DNA of 24,000 nucleotides. It comes from Raoultella phage Ra_O-1. A program made the position numbers and the translations under genes. Where the stretch lies: the sequence record PQ564427.1. The stretch is one strand, 5' to 3'. Below, in pieces: positions 14,572 to 22,110 of this stretch. Under the pieces are notes generated by a model that worked only from the letters and a program-made list of their open reading frames with translations, did no database searches and was not told where the DNA came from. Numbering within the stretch: the stretch's first letter is position 1; each line of letters opens with the position of its first letter.

Positions 14572-16740
14572 ATGAAAATTAAATGTGATGATGAAGTAAT
14601 CATTGGTTCTTCTGACGCTGATGATTCAACGTTTACTATTAAGGCCTCGGGTAAAGCTTTTGACATCTTGTCAAACAAACTCTATAAGTATAAAGTTCGT
14701 GCTGTTGTTCGTGAACTTTCTACTAACTGTGATGATGCTCATAAACTGAACGGTAATGAAAATCGTCCATTTTATATCAAGGCTCCTACTCGTCTTGACC
14801 CACGATTTGTAATTCGTGATTATGGTCCAGGTCTTAATCATAATGACATGATGACGATGTATAAAACGTTCTTTGAATCCACAAAGAATAACAGTAATGA
14901 TTTCATCGGTGCTCTTGGTCTTGGTTCTAAATCTCCACTGAGCTACACGAGTACATTTAACGTAGTATCATATCATAATGGTAAAGCCACCGGTTATACT
15001 GTCATGAAAAACCGAGGTGAACCTACTATTCGTCCGATGTTCGTTGATGACATGAAAGAAGACGAAGAAACGGGTCTTGAAATTACAGTTCCGGTTAAAG
15101 TAGAAGATATTGATACTTGGCATTATGAAATCGCATATATTTTGCGTACCTTTGGCGCTGTACCTCCAAAGGTAGATTCTCTTCGCCGTGAAATTGAATA
15201 TTTCCCAGTAGATAAAACTGATTGGTTTAGCGTTAATAGTTCGTATGAAAGCTATGGTCTGTACGCAGTTTATGGAAAAATCGTATATCCGATCAGCGGT
15301 GTAGATGTTAAGGCAGATTGGTTGCTTAATCGCTATGGTAAGGTTTATGTTCATTTCCCTCTTGGCGAATTAGACATTACTCCATCTCGTGAAGAGCTTT
15401 CTCTTGATGAAGAAACAATTGCCAATATCCAGAAGCGTGTGAATGCTCTTGAAGAAGAGGTAATTACTGCAGATATTAAAGCGTTTGAAGCGTATGAATC
15501 TGATCGTGAATTCCTGCGCGAGTTCAATAAGCTGAGTTCTAAGGAACGCTCTATTCTTCAGAGCCGTGGTATTACCATTGGGAACCGCGATATTAAACAA
15601 GTAGTTGCGAAGTACAATCTCGATAAAATTCGTTCATATTATGTTGATAACGAAGTGTCGGTTTATGTTTCATGCGATGAGCCTGCTCGTCGTAAAGTAT
15701 CAAACAGCTCATGGCACCGCCATAATCAAGTAAACATTTCTGATATTTGCGGGGTTGATAGAACTAAAGCGTTTGTTCTTATTGATGATAAAGCCGGTAA
15801 ACGCATCGCTACAGTTCGAGCTCTGTGTAAATCTGGATTAGTTCCAATTTGGGCTCATATTACTGTAATCAAAGACAATGAAGATGAATTGCATGTCATT
15901 GATGAGCTGAAGAAAATCATGGATACTGATGAAGTTATAGTATTCCGTGTGTCTGAACTTGAAGCCCAGAGAAAAGCTCTTCCTGATTATGACACTGGTC
16001 CAAAAGAGAAACGTCCAAAATCTCCTAATGTGTCATTGCACTGGATTGATAAAGATGGGTACTGGGAAGAAGACCGTCAGACTTTAGTATCATCTGAAAT
16101 TGCTGAGCTTGAAGGTTATGCTATCGGTCGTAATCGTGATGAAATCCACACTTTCCCAGATAATGTATGGTGGTGGAATATGAGCATCACAGATATGCGT
16201 TCTTTGGCAGAAGCATGTGGAATTAAGAAATTCTATGCAATTCGTCCGAGTGCTATGAAAGCCGCGGCCAAAGCTGATGGATTGCTTTCATTTGACCGGT
16301 TTATTATTGACCAATACATCAAGTGTATTGATAAGGTAGATTATGACCAGTACATGCCATCAAATGCTACTGGAAATCGTATCTGTGGAAATATTGCGCA
16401 TTACGATAAATTGAATTTCTTGTCGAGTAAGTTTACAGCGTCTGGAATGAAAAATCCGTTCTTGACAAAACTAAACAAAATCGCTAAGGTTTGTCGTACA
16501 AGTAAAATCAAAGATGAAAATGATGATTTAGCTTTATGCAATAAAATTTATAATAAACTGTCTGGTGATGCTGAGACAATCTTCTATAAAAAGATTGAAC
16601 AGTTTAAAGATGATTATCCTGTCATCGCAAGTGTCTTGGATACTTGGCGGACTGACAGCAAACTCGTCGATGATATCGTAAAAATCATGGAGCTCCTTGA
16701 CGGAGCTTCTACTCAAAATTCTGAAAATAAAGGTGAATAA
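14572..16740 (+). CDS. rIIA: rIIA protector protein (GHKL ATPase-like)
   Basis: VRELSTNCDDAHKLNG, FVIRDYGPGL, FIGALGLGSKSPLSYTSTFNVVSY; adjacent to rIIB and a topoisomerase gene. Confidence 0.94.
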   Translation: MKIKCDDEVIIGSSDADDSTFTIKASGKAFDILSNKLYKYKVRAVVRELSTNCDDAHKLNGNENRPFYIKAPTRLDPRFVIRDYGPGLNHNDMMTMYKTFFESTKNNSNDFIGALGLGSKSPLSYTSTFNVVSYHNGKATGYTVMKNRGEPTIRPMFVDDMKEDEETGLEITVPVKVEDIDTWHYEIAYILRTFGAVPPKVDSLRREIEYFPVDKTDWFSVNSSYESYGLYAVYGKIVYPISGVDVKADWLLNRYGKVYVHFPLGELDITPSREELSLDEETIANIQKRVNALEEEVITADIKAFEAYESDREFLREFNKLSSKERSILQSRGITIGNRDIKQVVAKYNLDKIRSYYVDNEVSVYVSCDEPARRKVSNSSWHRHNQVNISDICGVDRTKAFVLIDDKAGKRIATVRALCKSGLVPIWAHITVIKDNEDELHVIDELKKIMDTDEVIVFRVSELEAQRKALPDYDTGPKEKRPKSPNVSLHWIDKDGYWEEDRQTLVSSEIAELEGYAIGRNRDEIHTFPDNVWWWNMSITDMRSLAEACGIKKFYAIRPSAMKAAAKADGLLSFDRFIIDQYIKCIDKVDYDQYMPSNATGNRICGNIAHYDKLNFLSSKFTASGMKNPFLTKLNKIAKVCRTSKIKDENDDLALCNKIYNKLSGDAETIFYKKIEQFKDDYPVIASVLDTWRTDSKLVDDIVKIMELLDGASTQNSENKGE

Positions 16741-17652
16741 ATGGCTGTTACCTGTCTGTCTGAAATCCAAAAAGATGCAATCATTAAAAACTTCAAAAAC
16801 GGTCTGTACACTAAGAAAGAGCTCGCCGAGAATTATGGTGTTTCCCGTGACACTATTCGGCGTGTGTTTAAAGAGCGTGAAGCTCGAGCTGCAGCGACAG
16901 CTGTTCCTGCTAAAGTAGAAGCTCCTGTTGAGCGTGAATTTAAATGGGCAGCAAGTTCCAAATTCATTTCAATTACTGAAGGCCGTACTACTTATAACGC
17001 TGATAGCCAACATCCTGGGTTTAAATCTGCATTGCAGAAACTTGTAGATGGCGATATCGCCGGTGCTATTGACCATATTAACCTGGAACAAGGCATCAAG
17101 AAATTCGTTCAGGGTAACGTCCGAATTGAAGATGGTACTTTGTTCTATAAAGATATCGAACTGAAATCCGGTCTGACAGAGCGTATCGTTCGAGCTATGG
17201 AAGACGGTGAAGACTTTAAACGTTATCTGCCTTTCCTGGAAAACCTGATGCTGAACCCGTCTCGTCGTGCAGTTTATCGTCTGTTTGATTTCCTGAATGC
17301 AAACGATATCGACATCACTGATGATGGTCACTTCATTGGTTGGAAAGTAGTTCGTTCCACTTATATGGATTGTGCTTCAAACACGTTTGATAACTCTCCT
17401 GGTAAAACTGTTACAATGCCGCGTAACCAGGTAGATGAAGACGATCAGCGTACTTGTTCCGCAGGTCTGCATGTCTGCTCTAAATCTTACATCGGTCACT
17501 TCGGTAGTGGTTCTGACCGTATTGTTTCAGTTAAAGTTCATCCGCGTGATGTAGTATCTATCCCGGTTGATTACAACGATGCTAAAATGCGTACATGTGG
17601 TTATGTAGTATTAGAAGATGTAACCGATCGTTGGGGTTCAGAACTTCGTTAA
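16741..17652 (+). CDS. rIIB: rIIB protector protein
   Basis: N-terminal HTH (LAENYGVSRDTIRRVF), KWAASSKFISITEGRTTYNADSQHPGF, GWKVVRS...CSAGLHVCS; starts on the base after the rIIA stop. Confidence 0.94.
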   Translation: MAVTCLSEIQKDAIIKNFKNGLYTKKELAENYGVSRDTIRRVFKEREARAAATAVPAKVEAPVEREFKWAASSKFISITEGRTTYNADSQHPGFKSALQKLVDGDIAGAIDHINLEQGIKKFVQGNVRIEDGTLFYKDIELKSGLTERIVRAMEDGEDFKRYLPFLENLMLNPSRRAVYRLFDFLNANDIDITDDGHFIGWKVVRSTYMDCASNTFDNSPGKTVTMPRNQVDEDDQRTCSAGLHVCSKSYIGHFGSGSDRIVSVKVHPRDVVSIPVDYNDAKMRTCGYVVLEDVTDRWGSELR

Positions 17653-17657
17653 TTATA

Positions 17658-17680
17658 AGGAGCCTTCGGGCTCCTCTTTT
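17658..17680 (+). terminator. Rho-independent terminator after rIIB
   Basis: AGGAGCC-TTCG-GGCTCCT followed by CTTTT. Confidence 0.88.
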
Positions 17681-17694
17681 CTTACGGGTGGAAC

Positions 17695-17991
17695 ATGATT
17701 AATCCATTTAACGTATCTCATTCTAAAGTTGTTAATCTTCGTGGTACTCACCATGCTGCTACAGTGTTTTGTCATCATGTAGTTAAACATGAAGGTGATG
17801 TTCATTACGCATGGTTACACTGCGATGAACTTATAGAACTTGGTGATGATTTCGTTGTAGAACCAGACACATGTAACCACGACGATCGTGTTTATTTTGG
17901 TGAATTGCATATCAGAGGAATTTATGGCATTGATGAACAAAGCCCTGCAGAGATTGAACCAACTCCGGACATTTACCCTAGATTTGAATAA
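17695..17991 (+). CDS. Hypothetical protein, 98 aa, His/Asp-rich
   Basis: ATG after GGTGG; intact short ORF. Confidence 0.65.
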   Translation: MINPFNVSHSKVVNLRGTHHAATVFCHHVVKHEGDVHYAWLHCDELIELGDDFVVEPDTCNHDDRVYFGELHIRGIYGIDEQSPAEIEPTPDIYPRFE

Positions 17992-18511
17992 ACTGAGGGG
18001 TGAAGCAAAAGTAAAAATCATTGATACTGCAAGATATAGTTTAGATATCGATCCATCTCAAGACAGAATTGACGTTCTTAAAAGATGTAGAATTGCTATA
18101 CCGGCAGAGTATGTGGTAGCAGATTTTCTTGATGGATACGTAAACGATCAAACCGTTGACCATAATAACAACGATCCATATGAATGGGCCTGGGATGTAT
18201 TAGCTCATCCCTACTACCAAGGTGTTAGAGTTGAAGTTAAAACCCACTTCGTTCATGACCGAGCAAATCATAAGCCATGGATTAATGTTACAACTGGCAA
18301 AGACGGTCCATTCCCTGATGGAAGTGGAATAAATCTAGGGCCCATGTTTAAACATAAAGTTGCAGACTGTATAATTATATTCGTTGCAGAAGAAGTGTCC
18401 CAGAATGTCATACAGTACACACCAATGTTTGCCGGCGGCATCGAACACCTCATGGAAGTAGTAAAACCTTCACGAGTTGGTGCTGGCGGGTATATCATGC
18501 ACAAATTTTAA
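17924..18511 (+). CDS. Hypothetical protein, about 195 aa, possible PD-(D/E)XK-like nuclease
   Basis: Long ORF; best start is ATG 17924 with AGAGGAA SD, which overlaps the previous ORF; contains YEWAWDVLAHPYYQGVRVEVKTH. Exact start uncertain. Confidence 0.65.
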   Translation: MALMNKALQRLNQLRTFTLDLNKLRGEAKVKIIDTARYSLDIDPSQDRIDVLKRCRIAIPAEYVVADFLDGYVNDQTVDHNNNDPYEWAWDVLAHPYYQGVRVEVKTHFVHDRANHKPWINVTTGKDGPFPDGSGINLGPMFKHKVADCIIIFVAEEVSQNVIQYTPMFAGGIEHLMEVVKPSRVGAGGYIMHKF

Positions 18512-18517
18512 AAAGTT

Positions 18518-18547
18518 GTTTACTTCCGGGATTGGCCATGATACTAT
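18518..18547 (+). promoter_or_regulatory. Early-type promoter with palindromic -10
   Basis: GTTTAC 18518-18523, TACTAT 18542-18547 inside GGCCATGATACTATGGCC. Confidence 0.75.
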
Positions 18548-18574
18548 GGCCTTACAAACTAAACGGGAGTAAAC

Positions 18575-18814
18575 ATGAGTTACTTAGAGCTAAAATCACT
18601 TCGAGCCAAACGCGGAAATGCTTCTATTAAAGCTGAACTTTTGAAAGAGTATAGGATTCTCGAATCTATGAATTGGCATTATACTATCATTGCTTGCGAT
18701 AATGGCGATTCAACTTACGGTGGATTGTATCCCAATGGAGCTGCAGCAGCTCGCGATGAACACATAGATAAAGTTAAAGCCTTAGAAGAAAAAATTCGTA
18801 ACTTGTGCATTTAA
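18575..18814 (+). CDS. Hypothetical protein, 79 aa
   Basis: GGGAG SD, own promoter. Confidence 0.8.
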   Translation: MSYLELKSLRAKRGNASIKAELLKEYRILESMNWHYTIIACDNGDSTYGGLYPNGAAAARDEHIDKVKALEEKIRNLCI

Positions 18815-18816
18815 CG

Positions 18817-18846
18817 GTTTACTTTCCTGTTCTTCGGTGATACTAT
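18817..18846 (+). promoter_or_regulatory. Early-type promoter (GTTTAC-N18-TACTAT)
   Basis: GTTTAC 18817-18822, TACTAT 18841-18846, TGA extension. Confidence 0.7.
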
Positions 18847-18875
18847 AATCTTGTTAGCTAAACTGGAGAACAAAA

Positions 18876-18992
18876 ATGAAAAAGTTACTTACGATTTTGA
18901 AGAACACCTTTGTAGTATTCTGTCTTATCGTTACTTTCATTGGTGTTTTCGCATGGGATTTAGTTAACGTTTGGATTAATGCTTTCATCTGA
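18876..18992 (+). CDS. Small membrane protein, 38 aa (MKKLLTILKNTFVVFCLIVTFIGVFAWDLVNVWINAFI)
   Basis: GGAG SD, own promoter, one TM helix; absent from supplied track. Confidence 0.65.
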   Translation: MKKLLTILKNTFVVFCLIVTFIGVFAWDLVNVWINAFI

Positions 18993-19002
18993 GGAAAATA
19001 TA

Positions 19003-19194
19003 ATGATTCGTAGTAGTTTTGATCGTCGCTTTAACTTAATGAGAACTGTTGTTCTGTCCTTTATCGTTGCGGTAGCGCTTGGAATTGTCGCCGTCGGCGG
19101 GTTCGGAATTTATTTTGCCATTCATGCGATTGATATTATTCAGACTGATGGCCTTAAATCTTTAGTAGAAACCGTATGGGAAGGTCAAAAATGA
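19003..19194 (+). CDS. Small membrane protein, 63 aa
   Basis: GAGG SD; TM TVVLSFIVAVALGIVAVGGFGIYFAI; start corrected from 18979. Confidence 0.75.
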   Translation: MIRSSFDRRFNLMRTVVLSFIVAVALGIVAVGGFGIYFAIHAIDIIQTDGLKSLVETVWEGQK

Positions 19195-19280
19195 AACGGC
19201 ACATCGTGTATCGTCTGCTTGCTTTAGGTCTTCTTGTGTTTTGGGTTGGTGGTGTAATGGCAGTAGTATATTTTTGGTAG
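19191..19280 (+). CDS. Small membrane peptide, 29 aa (MKRHIVYRLLALGLLVFWVGGVMAVVYFW)
   Basis: ATGA overlap with preceding stop; single TM; very short. Confidence 0.5.
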   Translation: MKRHIVYRLLALGLLVFWVGGVMAVVYFW

Positions 19281-19284
19281 TAGA

Positions 19285-19300
19285 AGGGGCTTCGGCCCCT
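19285..19300 (+). terminator. TTCG-loop hairpin, terminator candidate
   Basis: AGGGGC-TTCG-GCCCCT; lacks a U tract. Confidence 0.5.
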
Positions 19301-19338
19301 CATCGGAGAATAAACTTTAATCAACTGAGGAAATTAAC

Positions 19339-19794
19339 ATGCGTAATATTATGACTTTTGCTGATCTCGATAACGCTGGCGCAGAACTGATCGGTTCTAT
19401 TCGTAACGGTGATTGGGCAGCAGGTGCTCCATCTCGTGAAATTACTGAGCGCGAAGGATTTTATTTTTTGATGTTCAATGATGGCAAAGCAGGTTATATC
19501 GGTGCATCTGCCCGCTTCTTTGTAGCTAAACAGCGTTCAAAGGCAGGATTTGAAAGTGTTCTTTCTCATATCCGTTCTGGACGTTCTCAGTTGGGTCGTA
19601 CTCTGCGCTCGAATTGCATGACCTACGGTGTGTTCTGGATTCCTGCTAATAAAATGAAACCACTCACCACTGGTTATGGCAAAGGTCAGCTTGCATTGGC
19701 GTTTACTCGTCAGCATTCAAGTGACGCGCAGACCTACTCTGAGCTGAATCGTATTCTGAATGATAACTTCATCTTTACTTTGCAGAAATACTAA
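19339..19794 (+). CDS. Hypothetical protein, 151 aa, possible degenerate GIY-YIG-like fold
   Basis: GAGG SD; GFYFLMFNDGKAGYIGASARFF...VLSHIRSG. ATG at 19348 is a possible alternative start. Confidence 0.75.
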   Translation: MRNIMTFADLDNAGAELIGSIRNGDWAAGAPSREITEREGFYFLMFNDGKAGYIGASARFFVAKQRSKAGFESVLSHIRSGRSQLGRTLRSNCMTYGVFWIPANKMKPLTTGYGKGQLALAFTRQHSSDAQTYSELNRILNDNFIFTLQKY

Positions 19795-19967
19795 TGAGAA
19801 CCTTCTTCGTGATGGGCTATGTGTTTCTGATGGCCTTAATGATTTGCTCAGGAACATTCATGTGGTATGGCCTTGTGCCTACCACTAAAGTAATCGGAAG
19901 TATTGCGTTCACTGCAGCATTTATTATGTTTGAGCGCATTTGTAAAATTGTAGGAGTTTACAAATGA
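19794..19967 (+). CDS. Small membrane protein, 57 aa (MRTFFVMGYVFLMALMICSGTFMWYGLVPTTKVIGSIAFTAAFIMFERICKIVGVYK)
   Basis: TAATG coupling with the upstream ORF; two hydrophobic segments. Confidence 0.65.
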   Translation: MRTFFVMGYVFLMALMICSGTFMWYGLVPTTKVIGSIAFTAAFIMFERICKIVGVYK

Positions 19968-20104
19968 TTAAGAAACTCCTAATTGTGGCAGCTATTGTTG
20001 CCGCCTTTCTATTAGTTATGTACTATGGAATGATTTACGGAATGATTTATATTGTGCTTTTCATTTCCGATGTTATAGTACAAATCGGCTCACTAATTTG
20101 GTAG
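19964..20104 (+). CDS. Small membrane protein, 46 aa (MIKKLLIVAAIVAAFLLVMYYGMIYGMIYIVLFISDVIVQIGSLIW)
   Basis: ATGA overlap; SD GTAGGAG; strongly hydrophobic; ends just before gene 52. Confidence 0.65.
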   Translation: MIKKLLIVAAIVAAFLLVMYYGMIYGMIYIVLFISDVIVQIGSLIW

Positions 20105-20109
20105 GTACA

Positions 20110-21498
20110 ATGGATATTTTTGACACTCTATTAAAGCAAGCAGGTTCTATTGATGATTTGGCTAAGGCATCAAATCTTCGTCATCGCGATTTGAAATCTA
20201 TCATTGATAATGAAGCAAAAGAGTATGCGATTTACACTGTAGAAAACCGTGCTATTCCGAACTTGATTGATGGGTTTAAACCTGTACAGCGGTTTGTTAT
20301 TGCTCGCGCTCTTGATTTAGCTCGAGGTAATAAAGAAAAATTCCACAAACTTGCGTCTGTTGCTGGCGGTGTAGCTGATTTAGGTTATCATCATGGTGAA
20401 ACCTCTGCTCAAGATGCTGGTGCATTGATGGCAAACACATGGAATAACAACTATCCTCTGTTAGATGGGCAAGGCAACTTCGGTTCGCGTCTGGTTCAAT
20501 CTGCTGCGGCAAGTCGTTATATTTTCTGCCGGATTTCTGACAACTTCCGTAAAATCTACAAAGATACAGAAATTGCTCCGGTGCATAAAGATAAAGAGCA
20601 TGTTCCACCTGCTTATTATCTTCCGGTAATTCCAACTGTTCTTCTGAATGGTGTTCGCGGTATTGCAACAGGTTATTCAACTTCTATTCTTCCGCATAGT
20701 TTTGAATCTGTTTTGGAATGCACTAAAGCAGCACTTCGTGGCGAAATGATGGAACCTGAAGTGCAGTTTCCTAAATTTACTGGGAAAATTATTAAAACCG
20801 AAGATGGCTCTGTTGAATTACACGGTGTGTATAAAGAAACCTCTCGGAATTCAATCTATATCAGTGAAATTCCATATAAGTTTGAACGTGCTTCTTATGT
20901 TGAAAAAGTACTTGACCCATTGGAAGATGCAGGATACATCACATACGATGATGACTGTTCTAAGACCGGGTTTGGCTTTAAGGTGAAATTCCGTAAAGAC
21001 TATGCTTTGAGCGATGACCCTGAGCAGCGTTATGCTAAAATCATGAAGGACTTTAAGCTCATTGAGAAAATGAGTCAATACATTGTGGTCATCGATGAGA
21101 ATGGTAAGCTGAATGACAAGTTCAAAACTTCCGGTGAACTGATTCGTCATTTTGTAGAAGTCCGTAAGACATTCACCGCCAAACGAATTGAGCATAAAAT
21201 CGCTGAAACTAAGCAGGCGTTTAATCTTGCTCAGGCAAAAGCTCAATTTATCAAAGAGGTTATTGCAGGTAGCATCGTTATCCAAGGTAAAACTCGTAAA
21301 CAGCTGACTAAAGAAATTGAACAGAATGAACTATTCAAAGACCATTCTGAAAAACTCGTTTCAATGAACATCTATCACATCACTGATGATGAAGCGAAGA
21401 AACTTGCTCAGGAAGCAAAACGTCTGGCGCAAGAAGTTAAGTACTGGGAAAAGACAACGCCCGAAGCCGAGTATCTGAAAGACCTGGAAGAACTATGA
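20110..21498 (+). CDS. 52: Type II DNA topoisomerase medium subunit (T4 gp52-like), 462 aa
   Basis: ENRAIPNLIDGFKPVQRFVIA, QDAGALMANTWNNNYPLLDGQGNFGSR, ASRYIFCRIS, GVRGIATGYSTSILPH; ATG start 20110 preferred over TTG 20098. Confidence 0.95.
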   Translation: MDIFDTLLKQAGSIDDLAKASNLRHRDLKSIIDNEAKEYAIYTVENRAIPNLIDGFKPVQRFVIARALDLARGNKEKFHKLASVAGGVADLGYHHGETSAQDAGALMANTWNNNYPLLDGQGNFGSRLVQSAAASRYIFCRISDNFRKIYKDTEIAPVHKDKEHVPPAYYLPVIPTVLLNGVRGIATGYSTSILPHSFESVLECTKAALRGEMMEPEVQFPKFTGKIIKTEDGSVELHGVYKETSRNSIYISEIPYKFERASYVEKVLDPLEDAGYITYDDDCSKTGFGFKVKFRKDYALSDDPEQRYAKIMKDFKLIEKMSQYIVVIDENGKLNDKFKTSGELIRHFVEVRKTFTAKRIEHKIAETKQAFNLAQAKAQFIKEVIAGSIVIQGKTRKQLTKEIEQNELFKDHSEKLVSMNIYHITDDEAKKLAQEAKRLAQEVKYWEKTTPEAEYLKDLEEL

Positions 21499-21566
21499 TA
21501 GAATTTTATTTAATTATAGGTTCTGTAATTGCCGTATTAGGTCTAGTTTTATTGCTCCTCAGTTAA
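21495..21566 (+). CDS. Tiny membrane peptide, 23 aa (MIEFYLIIGSVIAVLGLVLLLLS)
   Basis: ATGA overlap with the gp52 stop; single TM; only positional and hydrophobic evidence. Confidence 0.4.
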   Translation: MIEFYLIIGSVIAVLGLVLLLLS

Positions 21567-21571
21567 TCTAG

Positions 21572-21600
21572 GGAACCTGGAGGTCATCTCCAGGTCCTTC
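21572..21600 (+). terminator. Terminator-like hairpin after gene 52
   Basis: ACCTGGAG(21575-21582)-GTCAT-CTCCAGGT(21588-21595); pyrimidine-rich but not U-rich tail. Confidence 0.55.
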
Positions 21601-21663
21601 CATATAAATCTATATCCCTCCAAAATCCCTCCTTAGAATGCCCTAAATTATTTTCATAAAGTT

Positions 21664-21693
21664 GTTTACATGCTTACACGGTTGTGGTATTAT
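21664..21693 (+). promoter_or_regulatory. Early-type promoter (GTTTAC-N18-TATTAT)
   Basis: GTTTAC 21664-21669, TATTAT 21688-21693, TGG extension. Confidence 0.75.
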
Positions 21694-21724
21694 AGCCATA
21701 TCAAAACAACACGGAGTAAACAAA

Positions 21725-21988
21725 ATGATTACATCATTGAAATCTGATATCAAAAACATTCTTTATATTTCTACTCAAGCTGATGGCACTCGACTGAGCC
21801 ACTATGTCAAAGGTAACATTGTGGTGCTCGATGAGTTCGAAGTTAATCGCGAGTATCCTATGCGTCAGGTAATTCAAGCAAGTAACTATGAAGACGGTGA
21901 AGAGTACCAAGTCGTTCTTTGTGTATACGATGATTTCTGGGTGCTTAAGCTTGAAAATGGCGATAAATTCTTGATCTTTAACGTATAA
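21725..21988 (+). CDS. Hypothetical protein, 87 aa
   Basis: CGGAG SD, own promoter; start corrected from 21662. Confidence 0.8.
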   Translation: MITSLKSDIKNILYISTQADGTRLSHYVKGNIVVLDEFEVNREYPMRQVIQASNYEDGEEYQVVLCVYDDFWVLKLENGDKFLIFNV

Positions 21989-21996
21989 CATTTTTA

Positions 21997-22026
21997 CTGC
22001 TCTTTGAAGAATTTTTCAGAGAGCAG
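21997..22026. promoter_or_regulatory. 12-bp hairpin between the 87-aa gene and the motA promoter
   Basis: CTGCTCTTTGAA-GAATTT-TTCAGAGAGCAG, one G-U wobble; no U tract. Confidence 0.55.
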
Positions 22027-22035
22027 AATAAAATG

Positions 22036-22065
22036 GTTTACAAGCTGGTTAGCAGATGTTATTAT
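22036..22065 (+). promoter_or_regulatory. Early-type promoter for motA (GTTTAC-N18-TATTAT)
   Basis: GTTTAC 22036-22041, TATTAT 22060-22065. Confidence 0.7.
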
Positions 22066-22110
22066 AGTCTCATACCAAACAAATTGAATAAAACATCATG
22101 GAGAATCACA

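Noticed and set aside
14968-15354. 128-aa and 76-aa (15370-15600) minus-strand ORFs inside rIIA
   Set aside because: Antisense to highly recognisable rIIA sequence.
16741-17000. rIIB as a possible novel transcription factor because of its N-terminal HTH
   Set aside because: The HTH-like segment is a known feature of rIIB and the gene is otherwise canonical.
20098-20109. TTG start for gp52
   Set aside because: ATG at 20110 matches the expected MDIF-type N-terminus and avoids overlap with the upstream ORF stop.
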